A stretch of DNA of 64,000 nucleotides, taken from the NCBI RefSeq assembly GCF_963921235.1, contig NC_086109.1:32862001-32926000 (forward strand). Direction: 5' to 3'. Numbering within the stretch: position 1 is the first letter of the stretch; each line of letters opens with the position of its first letter. This DNA comes from Mobula hypostoma (taxonomy: Eukaryota). The notes beneath the pieces were generated by a model. The model searched no databases and had not been told where the DNA came from. It saw only the letters and a list, made by a program, of their open reading frames with translations. Shown here one piece after another: positions 26,203 through 39,178 of the stretch. The position numbers and the translations under genes were made by a program.

Positions 26203-28214
26203 GTATCAATTCCAAAGAAGTAGCATACAAATTAGCCAGAGAAAGTGGCTCACCTGAGGACTGGGAGAAATTCAGAGTTCAGCAGAGGAGGACAAAGGGC
26301 TTAATTAGGAAGGGGAAAAAAGATTATGAGAGAAAACTGGCAGAGAACATAAAAACGGACTGTAAAAGCTTTTATAGATATGTAAAAAGGAAAAGACTGA
26401 TAAAGACAAATGTAGGTCCCCTGCAAACAGAAACAGGTGAATTGATTATGGGGAGCAAGGACATGGCAGACCAATTGAATAATTACTTTGGTTCTGTCTT
26501 CACTAAGGAGGACATAAATAATCTTCCAGAAATAGTAAGGGACAGAGGGTCCAGTGAGATGGAGGAACTGAGCGAAATACATGTTAGTAGGGAAGTGGTG
26601 TTAGGTAAATTGAAGGGATTGAAGGCAGATAAATCCCCAGGGCCAGATGGTCTGCATCCCAGAGTGCTTAAGGAAGTGGCCCAAGAAATAGTGGATGCAT
26701 TAGTGATAATTTTTCAAAACTCGTTAGATTCTGGACTAGTTCCTGAGGATTGGAGGGTGGCTAATGTAACCCCACTTTTTAAAAAAGGAGGGAGAGAGAA
26801 ACCGGGGAATTATAGGCCGGTTAGCCTAACGTCGGTGGTGGGGAAACTGCTGGAGTCAGTTATCAAGGATGTGATAACAGCACATTTGGAAAGCGGTGAA
26901 ATGATCGGACAAAGTCAGCATGGATTTGTGAAAGGAAAATCATGTCTGACGAATCTCATAGAATTTTTTGAGGATGTAACTAGTAGAGTGGATAGGGGAG
27001 AACCAGTGGATGTGGTATATTTGGATTTTCAAAAGGCTTTTGACAAGGTCCCACATAGGAGATTAGTGTGCAAACTTAAAGCACACGGTATTGGGGGTAA
27101 GGTATTGGTGTGGGTGGAGAATTGGTTAGCAGACAGGAAGCAAAGAGTGGGAATAAACGGGACCTTTTCAGAATGGCAGGCGGTGACTAGTGGGGTACCG
27201 CAAGGCTCAGTGCTGGGACCCCAGTTCTTTACAATATATATTAATGACTTGGATGAGGGAATTAAATGCAGCATCTCCAAGTTTGCGGATGACACGAAGC
27301 TGGGTGGCAGTGTTAGCAGTGAGGAGGATGCTAAGAGGATGCAGGGTGACTTGGATAGGTTGGGTGAGTGGGCAAACTCATGGCAGATGCAATTTAATGT
27401 GGATAAATGTGAAGTTATCCACTTTGGTGGCAAAAATAGGAAAACAGATTATTATCTGAATGGTGGCCGATTAGGAAAAGGGGAGGTGCAACGAGACCTG
27501 GGTGTCATTATACACCAGTCATTGAAAGTGGGCATGCAGGTACAGCAGGCGGTGAAAAAGGCGAACGGTATGCTGGCATTTATAGCGAGAGGATTCGAGT
27601 ACAGGAGCAGGGAGGTACTACTGCAGTTGTACAAGGCCTTGGTGAGACCACACCTGGAGTATTGTGTGCAGTTTTGGTCCCCTAATCTGAGGAAAGACAT
27701 CTTTGCCATAGAGGGAGTACAAAGAAGGTTCACCAGATTGATTCCTGGGATGGCAGGTCTTTCATATGAAGAAAGACTGGATGAACTGGGCTTGTACTCG
27801 TTGGAATTTAGAAGATTGAGGGGGGATCTGATTGAAACGTATAAGATCCTAAAGGGATTGGACAGGCTAGATGCAGGAAGATTGTTCCCGATGTTGGGGA
27901 GGTCTAGAACGAGGGGTCACAGTTTGAGGATAGAGGGGAAGCCTTTTAGGACCGAGGTTAGGAAAAACTTCTTCACACAGAGAGTGGTGAATCTGTGGAA
28001 TTCTCTGCCACAGCAAACTGTTGAGGCCAGTTCATTAGCTATGTTTAAAAGGAAGTTAGATATGGCCCTTGTGGCTACAGGGGTCAGGGGGTATGGAGGG
28101 AAGGCTGGGTTCTGAGTTGGATGATCAGCCATGATCATAATAAATGGCGGTGCAGGCTCGAAGGGCCGAATGGCCTACTCCTGCACCTATTTTCTATGTT
28201 TCTATGTTTCTATG
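26203..28214 (+). mobile_element. Very young 5'-truncated CR1 (copy A) with an open RT region
   Basis: Uninterrupted RT ORF to 28115 and (TTTCTATG)n tail; TSD tatgtatc at 26195-26202 and 28211-28218; reverse complement of 55476-57486. Confidence 0.95.
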
Positions 28215-30780
28215 TATCCCATCTGTTAGATCAGAAGATGATTTGCTACAGTGATGCAATTGCTACAAAGACATTACCCCACCAGTGTGATCAGGCAGTA
28301 AAGTTGCTCAAGTTTGTATAATGATTTGGCAGTGATATTTCCTCTCACTCAGCCTTCTAAATGAAACTGACCAGAACAAAGTGCTGGATTATCGCAACAA
28401 CACTGCTATCAATACAATTTGTATTTTTACTATTCACCCCCCTCCCCCCAAAAAACACCCAAAACCTTTAAATTGGGACAGCAATTAGTTTTCATTTTGA
28501 TGTAAGATTGGACAGTTTTTCTGTACAATCACTATCAAATTTTGGTGTGAAAAAATGTTATGACCTTGTCTTTACCAGCAATTCTCACAGCTATTCTGAA
28601 GCTGCATTCCTCCAGCAGTGGAGCTTTGATTTATGGTAGTTCAGCAGGTTCAGTGGGCTGGCTCCTCTAAGGAACAATCACACCATTCATTTTAGAGAGT
28701 AATAGCAGCAAGTTAGTATCACTAACTCCTATTTTGAATGAGAACAATGAGAGAAAAGCAGTGGCAAATTAGAGATCCGAAATGTGAGCCAACATAGCTC
28801 ATTTAGATTTGTCAATTGAGTATACAAGGCATTGACTCACGGCAATCAGGTTCATTTGAACAGTGGCCAATCAGTGATCGGGATTGATTGGCAAGAACAA
28901 ATTATAATAAGGCAGGGGCAATCAGAGCAGCCGATGTTGAAGTGGACAGTGGAAGAGTGGGATTTTGAAGCTTTTGCACTTTGAGGCTTCACTCAGAGAA
29001 AGCAAAGCTGTAGGTAGATTTTTTCCCTCTATTTATTTGTTTTTTCCTTTTTTAAATATTTGTTCAGTTAGAACAGTAGGGATGCTAGGCAGGAATGCTC
29101 CTCTTGTGGGATGTGGAAAGGCTGGTAGACTTCCAGTATACCTGATGCCTGCAGCTTCTAACACTCCCTGTTAAGATGTTGGAGCTGGAACTGGATGAAC
29201 TCCGGATCATTCAGGAGACTGAAGGGGTGATAGCTAGGACATATAAAAAGGACATAGGAAACTGGCTGATAAGAAAGGGAAAGAGATTAAACAGCCAGTT
29301 CAGAGTATCCCTGTGGCCATTACCCTCAGCAACAGCTATACCACTTTGGATACTATTGCGGGGGATGACCTAGCAGAGGGAAGTCACAGTGGTCAGGTCT
29401 CTAGCGTTGAGTCTGGCTCTGTGACTGAGATAGACATAGAGTCTATAGAAGTAAAGCAAAGTAGCATTGAACTGGCAACGTGTTCCCTTGAACCCTATGG
29501 AAGGCAAGTGCAGAAGTTGCAAGGGCCCTAGCAGAGATATTTAAATCATCGTTACTAAAAGGTCAGATACCAGAGGATTAGAGATTATATAATGTTGTTC
29601 TACTATTTAAGAAAGGCTCTAAAAATAAATCAGGAAATTACAGGCCAGTGAGGTTATTGGAAGGTATTCCAAGGGACAGGAAAAATGAATATTTATCAAC
29701 AGGGACTGATTAGGGATAGTCACCACGGTTTCATGCATGGTAGATCATGTCTAACCAATCTTAAGAGTTTTTCAATGAAGTTACCAGGGAAGTTGATGAA
29801 GGCAAGGTATTTGATAAGGTTCCGCATGGGAGGTTGGTCAAGAAGGTTCTGTCGCTCGTCACTCAAGGTGAGGTAGTAAATTGGATTGACATTGACTTTC
29901 ATGGGAGAAGCCAGAGAGTGGTAGTAGATGGTAGCCTCTCTGAATGGAGGCCAGTGACTGGTGGTGTGCTGCAGGGGTCACTGGTGGGTCACGTTGTTTG
30001 TCATATATATCAATGATCTGGATGATGTAATTAACTTGATCAACAAACTTGCAGATGACACCCAAGATTGGGGGGTGTAGTTGTCAGTGAGGAAGACAGA
30101 GCTTACAGCAGGATCTGGACCAGCTGGAAAAATGGCAGATGGAATTTAATGCAAATAAGTGCAAGGTTTGCACTTCAGTACGACCAACCAGAGTAGGTCT
30201 TGCGTAGTGAACAGTTGACTCCTGAAGAGTGCTGTAGAACAAAGGGATCTGGAAATATAGGTCCACAATTTATTTAAAGAAGCAGCACAAGTAGATAGGG
30301 TTGGTTGTAAAGAAAGCTTTTGGCACATTGGCCTTAAATTTCAGCACTGAGTACAGGAGATGGGATGTTATGTTGAAGTTATACAAGACGTTGGTGAAGT
30401 CTACTTTGGAGTGTTATGCACAGTTTTGGTCAACAACCTACAAGATAAATGTAAATAAGGCTGAAAGAGTACAGAGAAAATTTAAAAGGATGTTGCTGGG
30501 ACTGGAGGACCTGAGTAATAAGGAAAGATTAAATAGGTTAAGACATTATTCCTTTGGAATGTAGAAGATTGAGATTTGACAGAACTGTACAAAATTATGA
30601 GGGGTATAGAAAGGATAAATTCAAGCAGGCTTTTTCCATTGAGGTTGTGTGGGACTACAACTAGTGGTCATGGGTGAAGTATGAGGGGAAACTTCTTCAC
30701 TCAAAGCCTTGAGAGTGTGGAACGAGCTGCCACCGTAAATGGCGCTCAATTTCAATGTTTAAGAGAATTTTGGACAGGTA

Positions 30781-32129
30781 CACGCAGTCCCCGAGTTACA
30801 AACGTTCAACTTACGAACAACTCGCACTTCACGAACGGAGGATGGAGAACGCCATCCGCCATTTTAAGTCATTACTGTCAACATTGCTGCGGGTATAGCT
30901 TTGTATTCGCTTAAATTTTTCTTAGCAAGATTCACCCTGACCACCCCCCACCCTTTTCCAGTCAGCACCGCCCCCATTTGTCCCATTTAACCTGTCTCAG
31001 TGTGGGTGGACTTTACAATCCAGGGGAGCTCAGGTCAGGACCCGCCACCCGCGGCTGCTGCTGAATCCGCAATGTTTCTGTTCCATTGACGGAAAACGAT
31101 CACGATTGAAAATAAAGTGAAAATAATAAAGCGATCGGAAAGAGGTGAAACACCATCGGTCATTGGAAAAGCGTTAAGCTATAGTTGGTCAACGTCAGAA
31201 CAATTTTAAAGGGTAAAGGATAAAGTGAGAATAATAGAGCATGTGAAAGGCCCTGCCCCGACTAAAGCTACAATTATTACTAAGCAATGCACTGATTTAA
31301 TTATTGAAATACATACCAATGGTATTCTGGCATTTATAGCAAAAGGATTCGAGTACAGCAGCAGGGAGGTACGACTGCAGTTGTACAAGGCCTTGGTGAG
31401 ACCACACCTGGAGTACTGTGTGCAGTTTTGATCCCCTAATCTGGGGAAAGACATCCTTGCCATAGAGGGAGTACAAACAAGGTTCACCAGATTGATTCCT
31501 GGGATGGCAGGACTTTCATATGAAGAAAGACTGGATGAACTAGGCTTGTACTCGTTGGAATTTAGAAGATTGAGGGGGGATCTGATTGAAACGTATAAAA
31601 TCCTAAAGGGATTGGACAGGCTAGATGCAGGAAGATTGTTCCCGATGTTGGGGAAGTCCAGAACGAGGGGTCACGGTTTGAGGATAAAGTCAAAGTCTTT
31701 TAAGACTGAGATTAGGAAAAACTTCTTCACACAGACAGTGGTGAATCTGTGGAATTCTCTGCCACAAGAAACAGTTGAGGCCAGTTCACTGGCTATATTT
31801 AAGAGGGAGTTAGATATTGCCCTTGTGGCTAAAGGGATCAGTGGGTATGGAGGGAAGGCTGGTACAGGGTTCTGAGTTGGATGATCAGCCATGATCATAA
31901 TAAATGGCGGTGCAGGCTCGAAGGGCCTACTCCTGCACCTATTTTCTATGTTTTCTATACATTTCTTAAGTGTCTTAAATGCAAAGATGAAATATATACT
32001 ATATACTAAGACAAACGTTTGACTAACTGTTGCTAAATAATATCGGATGTACCTGTTCCAACCTATGTACAAATCCGACTTAAAGATGGACTCAGGAACA
32101 GAACTCGTTCGTAACCCGGGGACTGCCTG
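30781..32129 (+). mobile_element. Tigger/pogo non-autonomous element (second family)
   Basis: TA|cacgcagtccccgagttacaaacg...cgttcgtaacccggggactgcctg|TA; HTH remnant RKTITIENKVKIIKRSERGETPSVIGKAL at about 31090-31190. Confidence 0.85.
31315..31956 (+). mobile_element. Young CR1 3' fragment (copy C) nested in the Tigger
   Basis: ORF2 C-terminus closely related to copies A and B; TSD atacat at 31309-31314 and 31957-31962. Confidence 0.9.
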
Positions 32130-32885
32130 TACATGGATGGTAGGTGTACGAAGGACTATGATTCCAGTGCAGGTTGATGGGAGTACATAGTTTAAATGTA
32201 TTGGCACAGCTAGATGGACTGAAGGGCTTGTTCCTGTCCTGTACCTTCTAAGGCTCTAATGACAAGCTAAACACCATGATTTTGTTAGATGTGGTTTCTC
32301 TTTTTTGGATGTACAACTTCCTATTTTCAGGTGTAAAACCCTGTTTTGCAAAAATGTGATTAGTAGTACATTTAGGCTGTTAAGCACTCCTGAAAGAGTA
32401 ATCATAGAGAAAAGACCAGACCCTGAAAGACTTACCCATTGTACCAACATTTCCATATTTCTATGGACCATTTCAATCAAATCATTTGGCAGCAGTGGAA
32501 ACAAGAATCAATACAATGACGTACTTCATTTATTGATGCAATTAGTCTTGTTTGCCAGAACAATATTTAGCAGCAAAAAAAAACTAACATCTCATTTTGT
32601 TAATATTCTTCACAGTATCACCTCGAGCAGTATTTAATTCATCGTGGAAGCATGTGTGATGCAATTACAGTTCCATACACAGTACTGAAAGTGTGAAATT
32701 TGAGTACAATATTAGAATGGAAAAAGTCATTCTAATATTTTCCTTGTAAACATTGTTGGTTGAACACATGCCTTTCAATAACAGTAAAAGATAAAATATT
32801 TTACTCCAACTGGTTATTCACCTGAATTTTAAATTACATTAATTAAGACTTGGGCTATGATCAAAACACACTTAGCACATTGTAT

Positions 32886-33205
32886 TACACAAACAAAATG
32901 CTGAAGAAACTCTGTGGGTCAGGCAGCATCTGTATGGAGGAAGAAACAGTCAATGTTTCAGGCCAAGACCCTTCCTTGGACTGGAAAAGAAGGGGGAAAA
33001 GCCATAATAAGGTGGTGGTGGGGGGTGGGAAATGAAGTGAGAAGCTGGAAGGTAACAAGTGAAAAAGTAAAGGGCTGAAGAAATCTGATAGAGTGGACCA
33101 TAGGAGAAAGAGAACGAGAGGGGGTACAAGAGGGAAGTGATAGGCAGGTGAGGAGTAGAGAAGGGTTAAGAAGGGAAGAATGGAAGAGAAAGGGGGTGGG
33201 GAAAG
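32886..33205 (-). mobile_element. Penelope-derived terminal fragment with a degenerate hammerhead
   Basis: acaaaatgctgaagaaactc...ggcagcatct...aatgtttcaggccaagacccttc followed by a purine-rich tract. Confidence 0.65.
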
Positions 33206-33278
33206 ATATCACATTGTGTTTAAGTTCGACACAGGAAGTTGTAAATAAACAAAGTTTTATCATAACTGCCTTGAGTTC

Positions 33279-33284
33279 TTTAAT
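33279..33284 (-). terminator. Candidate TIMM17A polyadenylation signal (ATTAAA); an alternative AATAAA lies at 32529-32534
   Basis: Hexamer about 410 nt past the stop on the minus strand; no transcript evidence. Confidence 0.35.
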
Positions 33285-33695
33285 GAAGAATTAGCAATCT
33301 GTCTTGCGAGTTAAATGAAGTGCCCGAATGTGTACAACATATACTTAACAAAATTAGATGTTTCATTATATTTTGCTGGGTTTGAAGTGACAACGTATAT
33401 AATGCCAATAGATTGTTTACAAATATATTCACCAGAGAACATATAAAACTCAGGCACAAAAATAATCTCAATTACATAACATTTCTTATGTCTGGCATAT
33501 AACATATATACATATATTACAAGGCCACAGAAAATCATTCCGTAGGGTTAGATTTTCTACAAAAGCCTTCTTAACCATACTAACCTTGCAATATAAATAG
33601 TCTTAAACTTGGTTTCATGTGACCATGTGTGGAAGTTCTTCAGAGGATGTCTGCTTTGTCAGCACCCAGAAAATTACAATGAATTCAAATGGATG

Positions 33696-33766
33696 TCACT
33701 GATACTGTCTGTATTCACCGAACGATGGAGTTTGTAGCTGAGTAGGGTCATCTACAAACTGTGGAC
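33696..33766 (-). CDS. TIMM17A: TIMM17A exon 6 (stop codon)
   Basis: gtag|GT CCA...TGA; GPQFVDDPTQLQTPSFGEYRQYQ*; the YRQYQ C-terminus is typical of 17A rather than 17B; total CDS 501 nt = 166 aa. Confidence 0.93.
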
Positions 33767-35028
33767 CTACAAGGGGTCAAAATAATAAATCTTATACAAT
33801 GTCCACTTTCCCCTTCATAGTAATTGCAAAATTACTCATGTTAGATTTTTCAGGTTATCATTTGAATATGATCTAGCACAATCTTTGTTCAAAGTAGGCC
33901 AGTTTCTTGCAGTTTTATAGATTACAGAAGTAATGTATTACTACCTTAACTTTTCCACATAGCAAAGTTTCCTCATGGTTCTTGTAATTTTGATTTTACT
34001 ACAGCTAGAATTAATTTTTACATTAATCATAAATATGACCACACGAGAACTGGGTAATTTACTTCCTTCTCTACAGAAGTTAATTTTAATTCACTAAGTA
34101 ACTGTTTAAAACCAAGATTTGGTTCAAATCAGGCCTGAAAGATTTCAGAAGCTCGTTTTTATTTCTGCTGTGGCTAAACAGATCTAAACCAAGAAAGTTT
34201 AAAATCGAGAGCCAATAACTGTCCTTTACCAAGCTTAAAGCAGTACGGCTGTCAAGTTTGCTTTGATGAACAAATTTGCAGAAGTGTTCAGAACCTTTAT
34301 GGATATCAAACAGAAGACTTTAATGAATCTGCCCAGAAAATGAAACATTTTTACTGTTTTTTCAAACTTTCAAAAATACCGATGTACAAGAATGTACAAA
34401 TCAGCATCACAAAAAATAGTTTCAGAGTTCACCATCTGTGAGCAAATTGTAGGACTTTACAAATATACCAGTGACATTGGCAAACAAGTTTTAATAAATT
34501 AAAATATACTGAAAGGAGCCAATTTGTATCTGACAAATTCCCACTCAAAGAAACTTGCAAAGGCAATTTAATTGTTCTGGGTGCATGACCAGGTTTATGG
34601 GTGAGGTTAGCTGCCAATACAAGTTTTAGATATACTGTAGAGAAAGTGGATTCCCTCATCTACAAGACTGTTTTAAAGCTGTTTCCTTTTTCAAACCAGA
34701 AAGTGTACATTAAAATTTGTAGGAACCATTAACTCATACAAATGATTAAAGTAAATATTAACTACACAAGTAATTTATGGTTTACCAGATGGTAATTCGT
34801 AATGATATTTCCATACATTTAAAAGTTTTTCACCGTGTCACAGGACTCCATTCTCTTCCCTCAACGTGCTTTAAAATCTGTAATTTCTAACTTGAGTTTT
34901 AATAAAAGCTGATCTGAAAAACTTATTGTCTAATGTAGTTCCAACTTTATTTACTTTTCAGATTATGCTTATTAAGTACTTGTCCCAGTTTACACAGAAA
35001 GCATCACTTAATGGGCATTAGAACTTAC

Positions 35029-35139
35029 CTGTTGGAAATTGTGTTGAAGCAAATCGGGTCAACATTATTCCAGCCCCTTCGATCAAGGCGAGTAGTATTC
35101 CTCCCATAGCAGCAGATCCCACCATTGCCATTGGGCCAT
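35029..35139 (-). CDS. TIMM17A: TIMM17A exon 5
   Basis: tag|AT...G|gtaagt; [37 protein letters not shown]. Confidence 0.96.
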
Positions 35140-37289
35140 CTAAATGAAAGTGGCCACAGTTGGAAATAAAATGAATGTACCAAGATGTACTTTTTAAATG
35201 GATTTCTATCTCAGAAAAAAAATACAATTAACATCCATCTTGGCATTTGAGACTATTGCAAATGGACAAGCCTAGAAACTTGGAAAATACAGGAAGAGTG
35301 CTAAATAGGATCAAAACCGATGAATCAGTTTGCAATTTTTCAAAATTATTTAGGATATTATTTCCATAGTAATAATCAAGACAAGTCTAGATTGGCTGCA
35401 ATGTCAGAAACATAATTAGGTTTGTTATCACTGATATCTTGAAATTTGTTGTTTTTGGCTGCAGTACATTGCAAACATTTTTAAAAATTACTAAGTTACA
35501 GTAAATAAATAAAGTGTGAAAAAGGACTATCAAGGCAGTATTCACTAGCAGTTCAGAAATGTGCAAATATTAAAACTAAATCCATAAGTCTACAGAAGTT
35601 GCCTAGGTAGATCGATGAAATAGTGGAGTGGGCAAAACAGCAGCAAATGAAATTTAATTAGAAGAAATATGAATAAAAAAGATTTTTTAATGGGAGCAAG
35701 CTGAATGACAAGAGTCCAATTTTCAAATAAACCATTACAACAAAAGGGGATTTACTTTACTTTATGCTTAGAGATATTGAAAATAAAAAACTGTAAAACT
35801 GTATCTGTGTGGATTATTGTTACAAATGGAGGGAAAAATAGAAGCAAGGTACAATATAGCATAGGTTTACTGTGACATTACTTTCTTGGAAAAACAAATT
35901 ACAATTAAACCAAAAACCCTCAAAACCCAAGCTGTAATCACTTCAAAGGATATTATAGGGTTATTCAATAGTGTTTAGAACAGAAATATGCTATTTTCAC
36001 AGAATGATATTGAATAAGCAAGCATTGATGCAAAATTAAACACATTATAATCTTAGAATGGAGAGTTGGAAAAACCTTTAGCTTAGAATGCACTATCAAA
36101 ATAATTGTTTAGAGGACCTTGCGAGCTTTCAAGAACAGTTTTAGATAAATGGACATACCTAAGTTAAAAGAGAAAGGGAATAAGACAGGCACCTTTGATT
36201 TACATCCACACTAATAGGAAATACTAGGTTTAAATTTCTTATACTTCTGCAGATATTTGGCCAGAAGCTATGCCTAATGCATTAATGTGAAATATATTCC
36301 TACTACACAGTTAGCTATTTTTATGCTTACACTTAAAAGATGAGTACTGAAACCAAACAGAACCATTATTGTAAGATCTGCATATGACAACTGTGGACAT
36401 TTAAAATTAACCTAAGTCAACCTATTCTAAAATAAATTGGGTTAAAGGTCGACATGTCAAAGCTATTTTAACGATAATACTTTCTTTTATGAAGTTTTAA
36501 GTGATTTTAGTGTTGGAAAAAGGTGCAGAACATAGCTGAAATAGAGGATTTGTGTATTCTAAAGTTAAAAATGTATTCCTGATTTTCAACTTTCACAATA
36601 CTTTGATGTTATAAAACTATTAGAAATTGATCTTAGAAGATAGAAATGAAATAAGTGGCTATTACATTACCATTATAACCTTCAAGGCAAGGTTTTAGTA
36701 CAGTTATTATAAGAGTGGAGTAAGTTTACCCAAAGTGCTCCACTTCCCCTCCCCCTCCCCCCTCCCACCCCCATATGCCAAAAGATGTGTTGGCTTTTAG
36801 GTTATACTACTGGGTGATGGTGGTGGGAGAATCAGGGCACGTAATAGGTTACAGAACCATAAATGAGATAATTTCTCAAAATGAAAAAAAAACACAAAAT
36901 CATAATATCTGCAGTTTTTCTCTAACTTCCAAAGTCCTGTTTGCAATTAAGAAAAAGTTCACAGTTCTTATGGTCTGAAAAGGAAGTACAGTTTGCAATC
37001 TAAACAAGCAAAAATGAGATCCATATCTCTTGAAAACTTTGCATTGAATTATTTGAGATCTAATATTGCATGGTTTTTTTTAGTGTTGTGTTTTCAAAAA
37101 TGTAATTTGCGCATAATCCACTCAAACCTTTCAGCAGTACAGAATATGGACAGGCTCATCTTTCTGAATTTCTTTAGTCAATGGAAAACTAAAGGGAGTG
37201 TCTGCAAGCTACATTCACATTAGAAAAGAAAATATGTAGGCAATACTGCCATGCATTTAACAGGTTTTCCTGTGCTCTCAATTCAGTTA

Positions 37290-39130
37290 TCAGTAGACAT
37301 GAACCAAGTTCCTTTATTCATCCAGATCATTAACATTTGTGAAGTTGTTGATCCCACACTGATCCCTGCAGAATATCATTAGTCACTGACAGGCAACCAG
37401 AAAAAGCCCCTTTATTCTTGCTCGTTGCCTTCTGCCGATCGGCCAATCTTCTATCTATACTAGTAGCATTCTCATTATCTTGCTTAACAGCCTCGTGTGC
37501 AGCACCTTGTCAAAGGCCTTCCGAAAATCCAAGTAAACAATATCCTTTTACTCTGCTCCGGCTATTCTGTCTGTTATTTCCTCAAAGAATTCCAACAGAT
37601 TTCTCAGGCAAGATCTTTCCTTCAGGAAATTACACTGACTCTGGCTTTTATAATGTGCTTTCAAGTACCCAAAACCTCATCCCTAAGAATGGTGATTTAC
37701 TGGTTCACTGGTGTATATTTTCCTGTCTTTTGCTTCTCTCCGTTCTTAGAGAGGAATGACATTTGTAATTTTCCAACCCACTGAAACCGTTCCTGACTCT
37801 AGTGTTCACTGAAAGATCACCACTAATGCCTTCACTATCACCACTATACCTCGTTCACAACACTGGGGTTTACTCCATCTGGTCCAGGGGACTTATCTAC
37901 CTTCAGAATTTTCAACTTCCCAAGCACCTTCTCCTCAGTAATAGTGACACAAAACCATTCGTAAGCCATTTCTTTCTCATTACTTCTACAGTGGCATTTT
38001 CCAGCAATCAGATGTCTACTGTTGCCTCAATTTTACTTGGTATTTTGAAAAAACTTTCAGTAATTTTTGTACTATTGACCTTCATATTTAATATTTTCTC
38101 CCTTTCTTGTTTTTTTTTCCAAAGTTGCCTTGCTTTAAAAGCTTCCAACCCTCTAGCTTTCTGCTGATACTAACAATATTCTCTGACCTCTGGTTTGTTT
38201 TTATGCTCCCTTGGCCTTCCCTTGTCAGCCACCGTTACTTCATTCTTCCTGTAGAATGCTGCTGCTTCTTTGGAATAAAAATGATCCTGCGCTTTCCAAG
38301 TTACTCCAGGAAACTACTGCCATTATCGCTTTATTATCCCTGCTAGTATTCCCTTCCAATCAACTTTGGCCTGCTCCTCTTTCAAACCCCCTGCAATTCC
38401 TTTGACTCCATGGTAATACTGACATATGATTTTAGTTTCTCCTTCTAACTGTAAGGTTGAATTCTAGCATATTATAATCAATGTCTGCTAAGATTTCCTT
38501 TACCTTAAGCTCACTAATCAAATCTGGATAATACCAAATCCAGAATTTCCGTTTCCCTGGTGAGCTCAACCAAAAGCTGCTCTAAAAAGCCATCTAGTAG
38601 GTATTCTACAAATTCCAACATTACGATGCAGTGCCAAGCTGATTTTCCTGGTCTAACTGCATATTGAAATTCCCAATGACCACTGTAATATTGATTGCCT
38701 TCTTACATGCCATTTCTACCTTCTGTTGCAATTTGAACCCACCCCTGGCTACTATTCAAAGTCCCTCCAGGGACTTTTTACTCTTGCAGTTTTGTAAAAA
38801 AAAAATATATCCACAGGGACTCTATCTTCTGATTTTATGTCACTTCTTGCTAAGGATTTAATTTCATTTAATTCCAGCAAAGCCGCCCAACCCCTCTACC
38901 CACTTGCCTGTTTTTTAATGGGATGTTTAGCCCTGTATGCTTAGCTCTCAGCTGTAATCTTCTTTCAGCCTAAATTCTATGACACCCACAATGTTGTACC
39001 TGCCAGTTTCTAATTGCACATCTAACTGGTTTTGTATACTGCATGCATTTAAATATAATATCCTCAGACCTGTATTCACCACCTCTCTTCTCACATTTGT
39101 CCCCATGTTACTCGAATTCTTATCCCTTTC
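37290..39130 (-). mobile_element. Old CR1 APE/RT fragment in TIMM17A intron 4
   Basis: Minus-strand LRILYLNACSIQN...YNIVGVIE (APE start) and decayed RT-like sequence. Confidence 0.7.
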
Positions 39131-39178
39131 TAAACGTTGTATTTTCTTTTTATTCTGGAAACTTGCAAAACTTCTCCT

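Larger units (their letters stand above)
28850..32250 (+). mobile_element. Old internally deleted CR1, split by a Tigger element at 30781-32129
   Basis: ORF1 remnant (ELELDELRIIQE), RT remnants (HHGFMHGRSCLTNL); the 3' end resumes after the TA (ggacaggta|catggatgg). Confidence 0.8.

Noticed and set aside
25932..28115. 727-aa ORF as a novel host-RT fusion gene
   Set aside because: The first 88 codons are AT-rich flank with a non-ATG start that happens to be open; the rest is a young truncated CR1 with a TSD and no sign of domestication.
26301..28321. Antisense and alternate-frame ORFs over CR1 copy A (mirrored at 55551-58559)
   Set aside because: Shadow ORFs of the RT coding sequence with no independent protein features.
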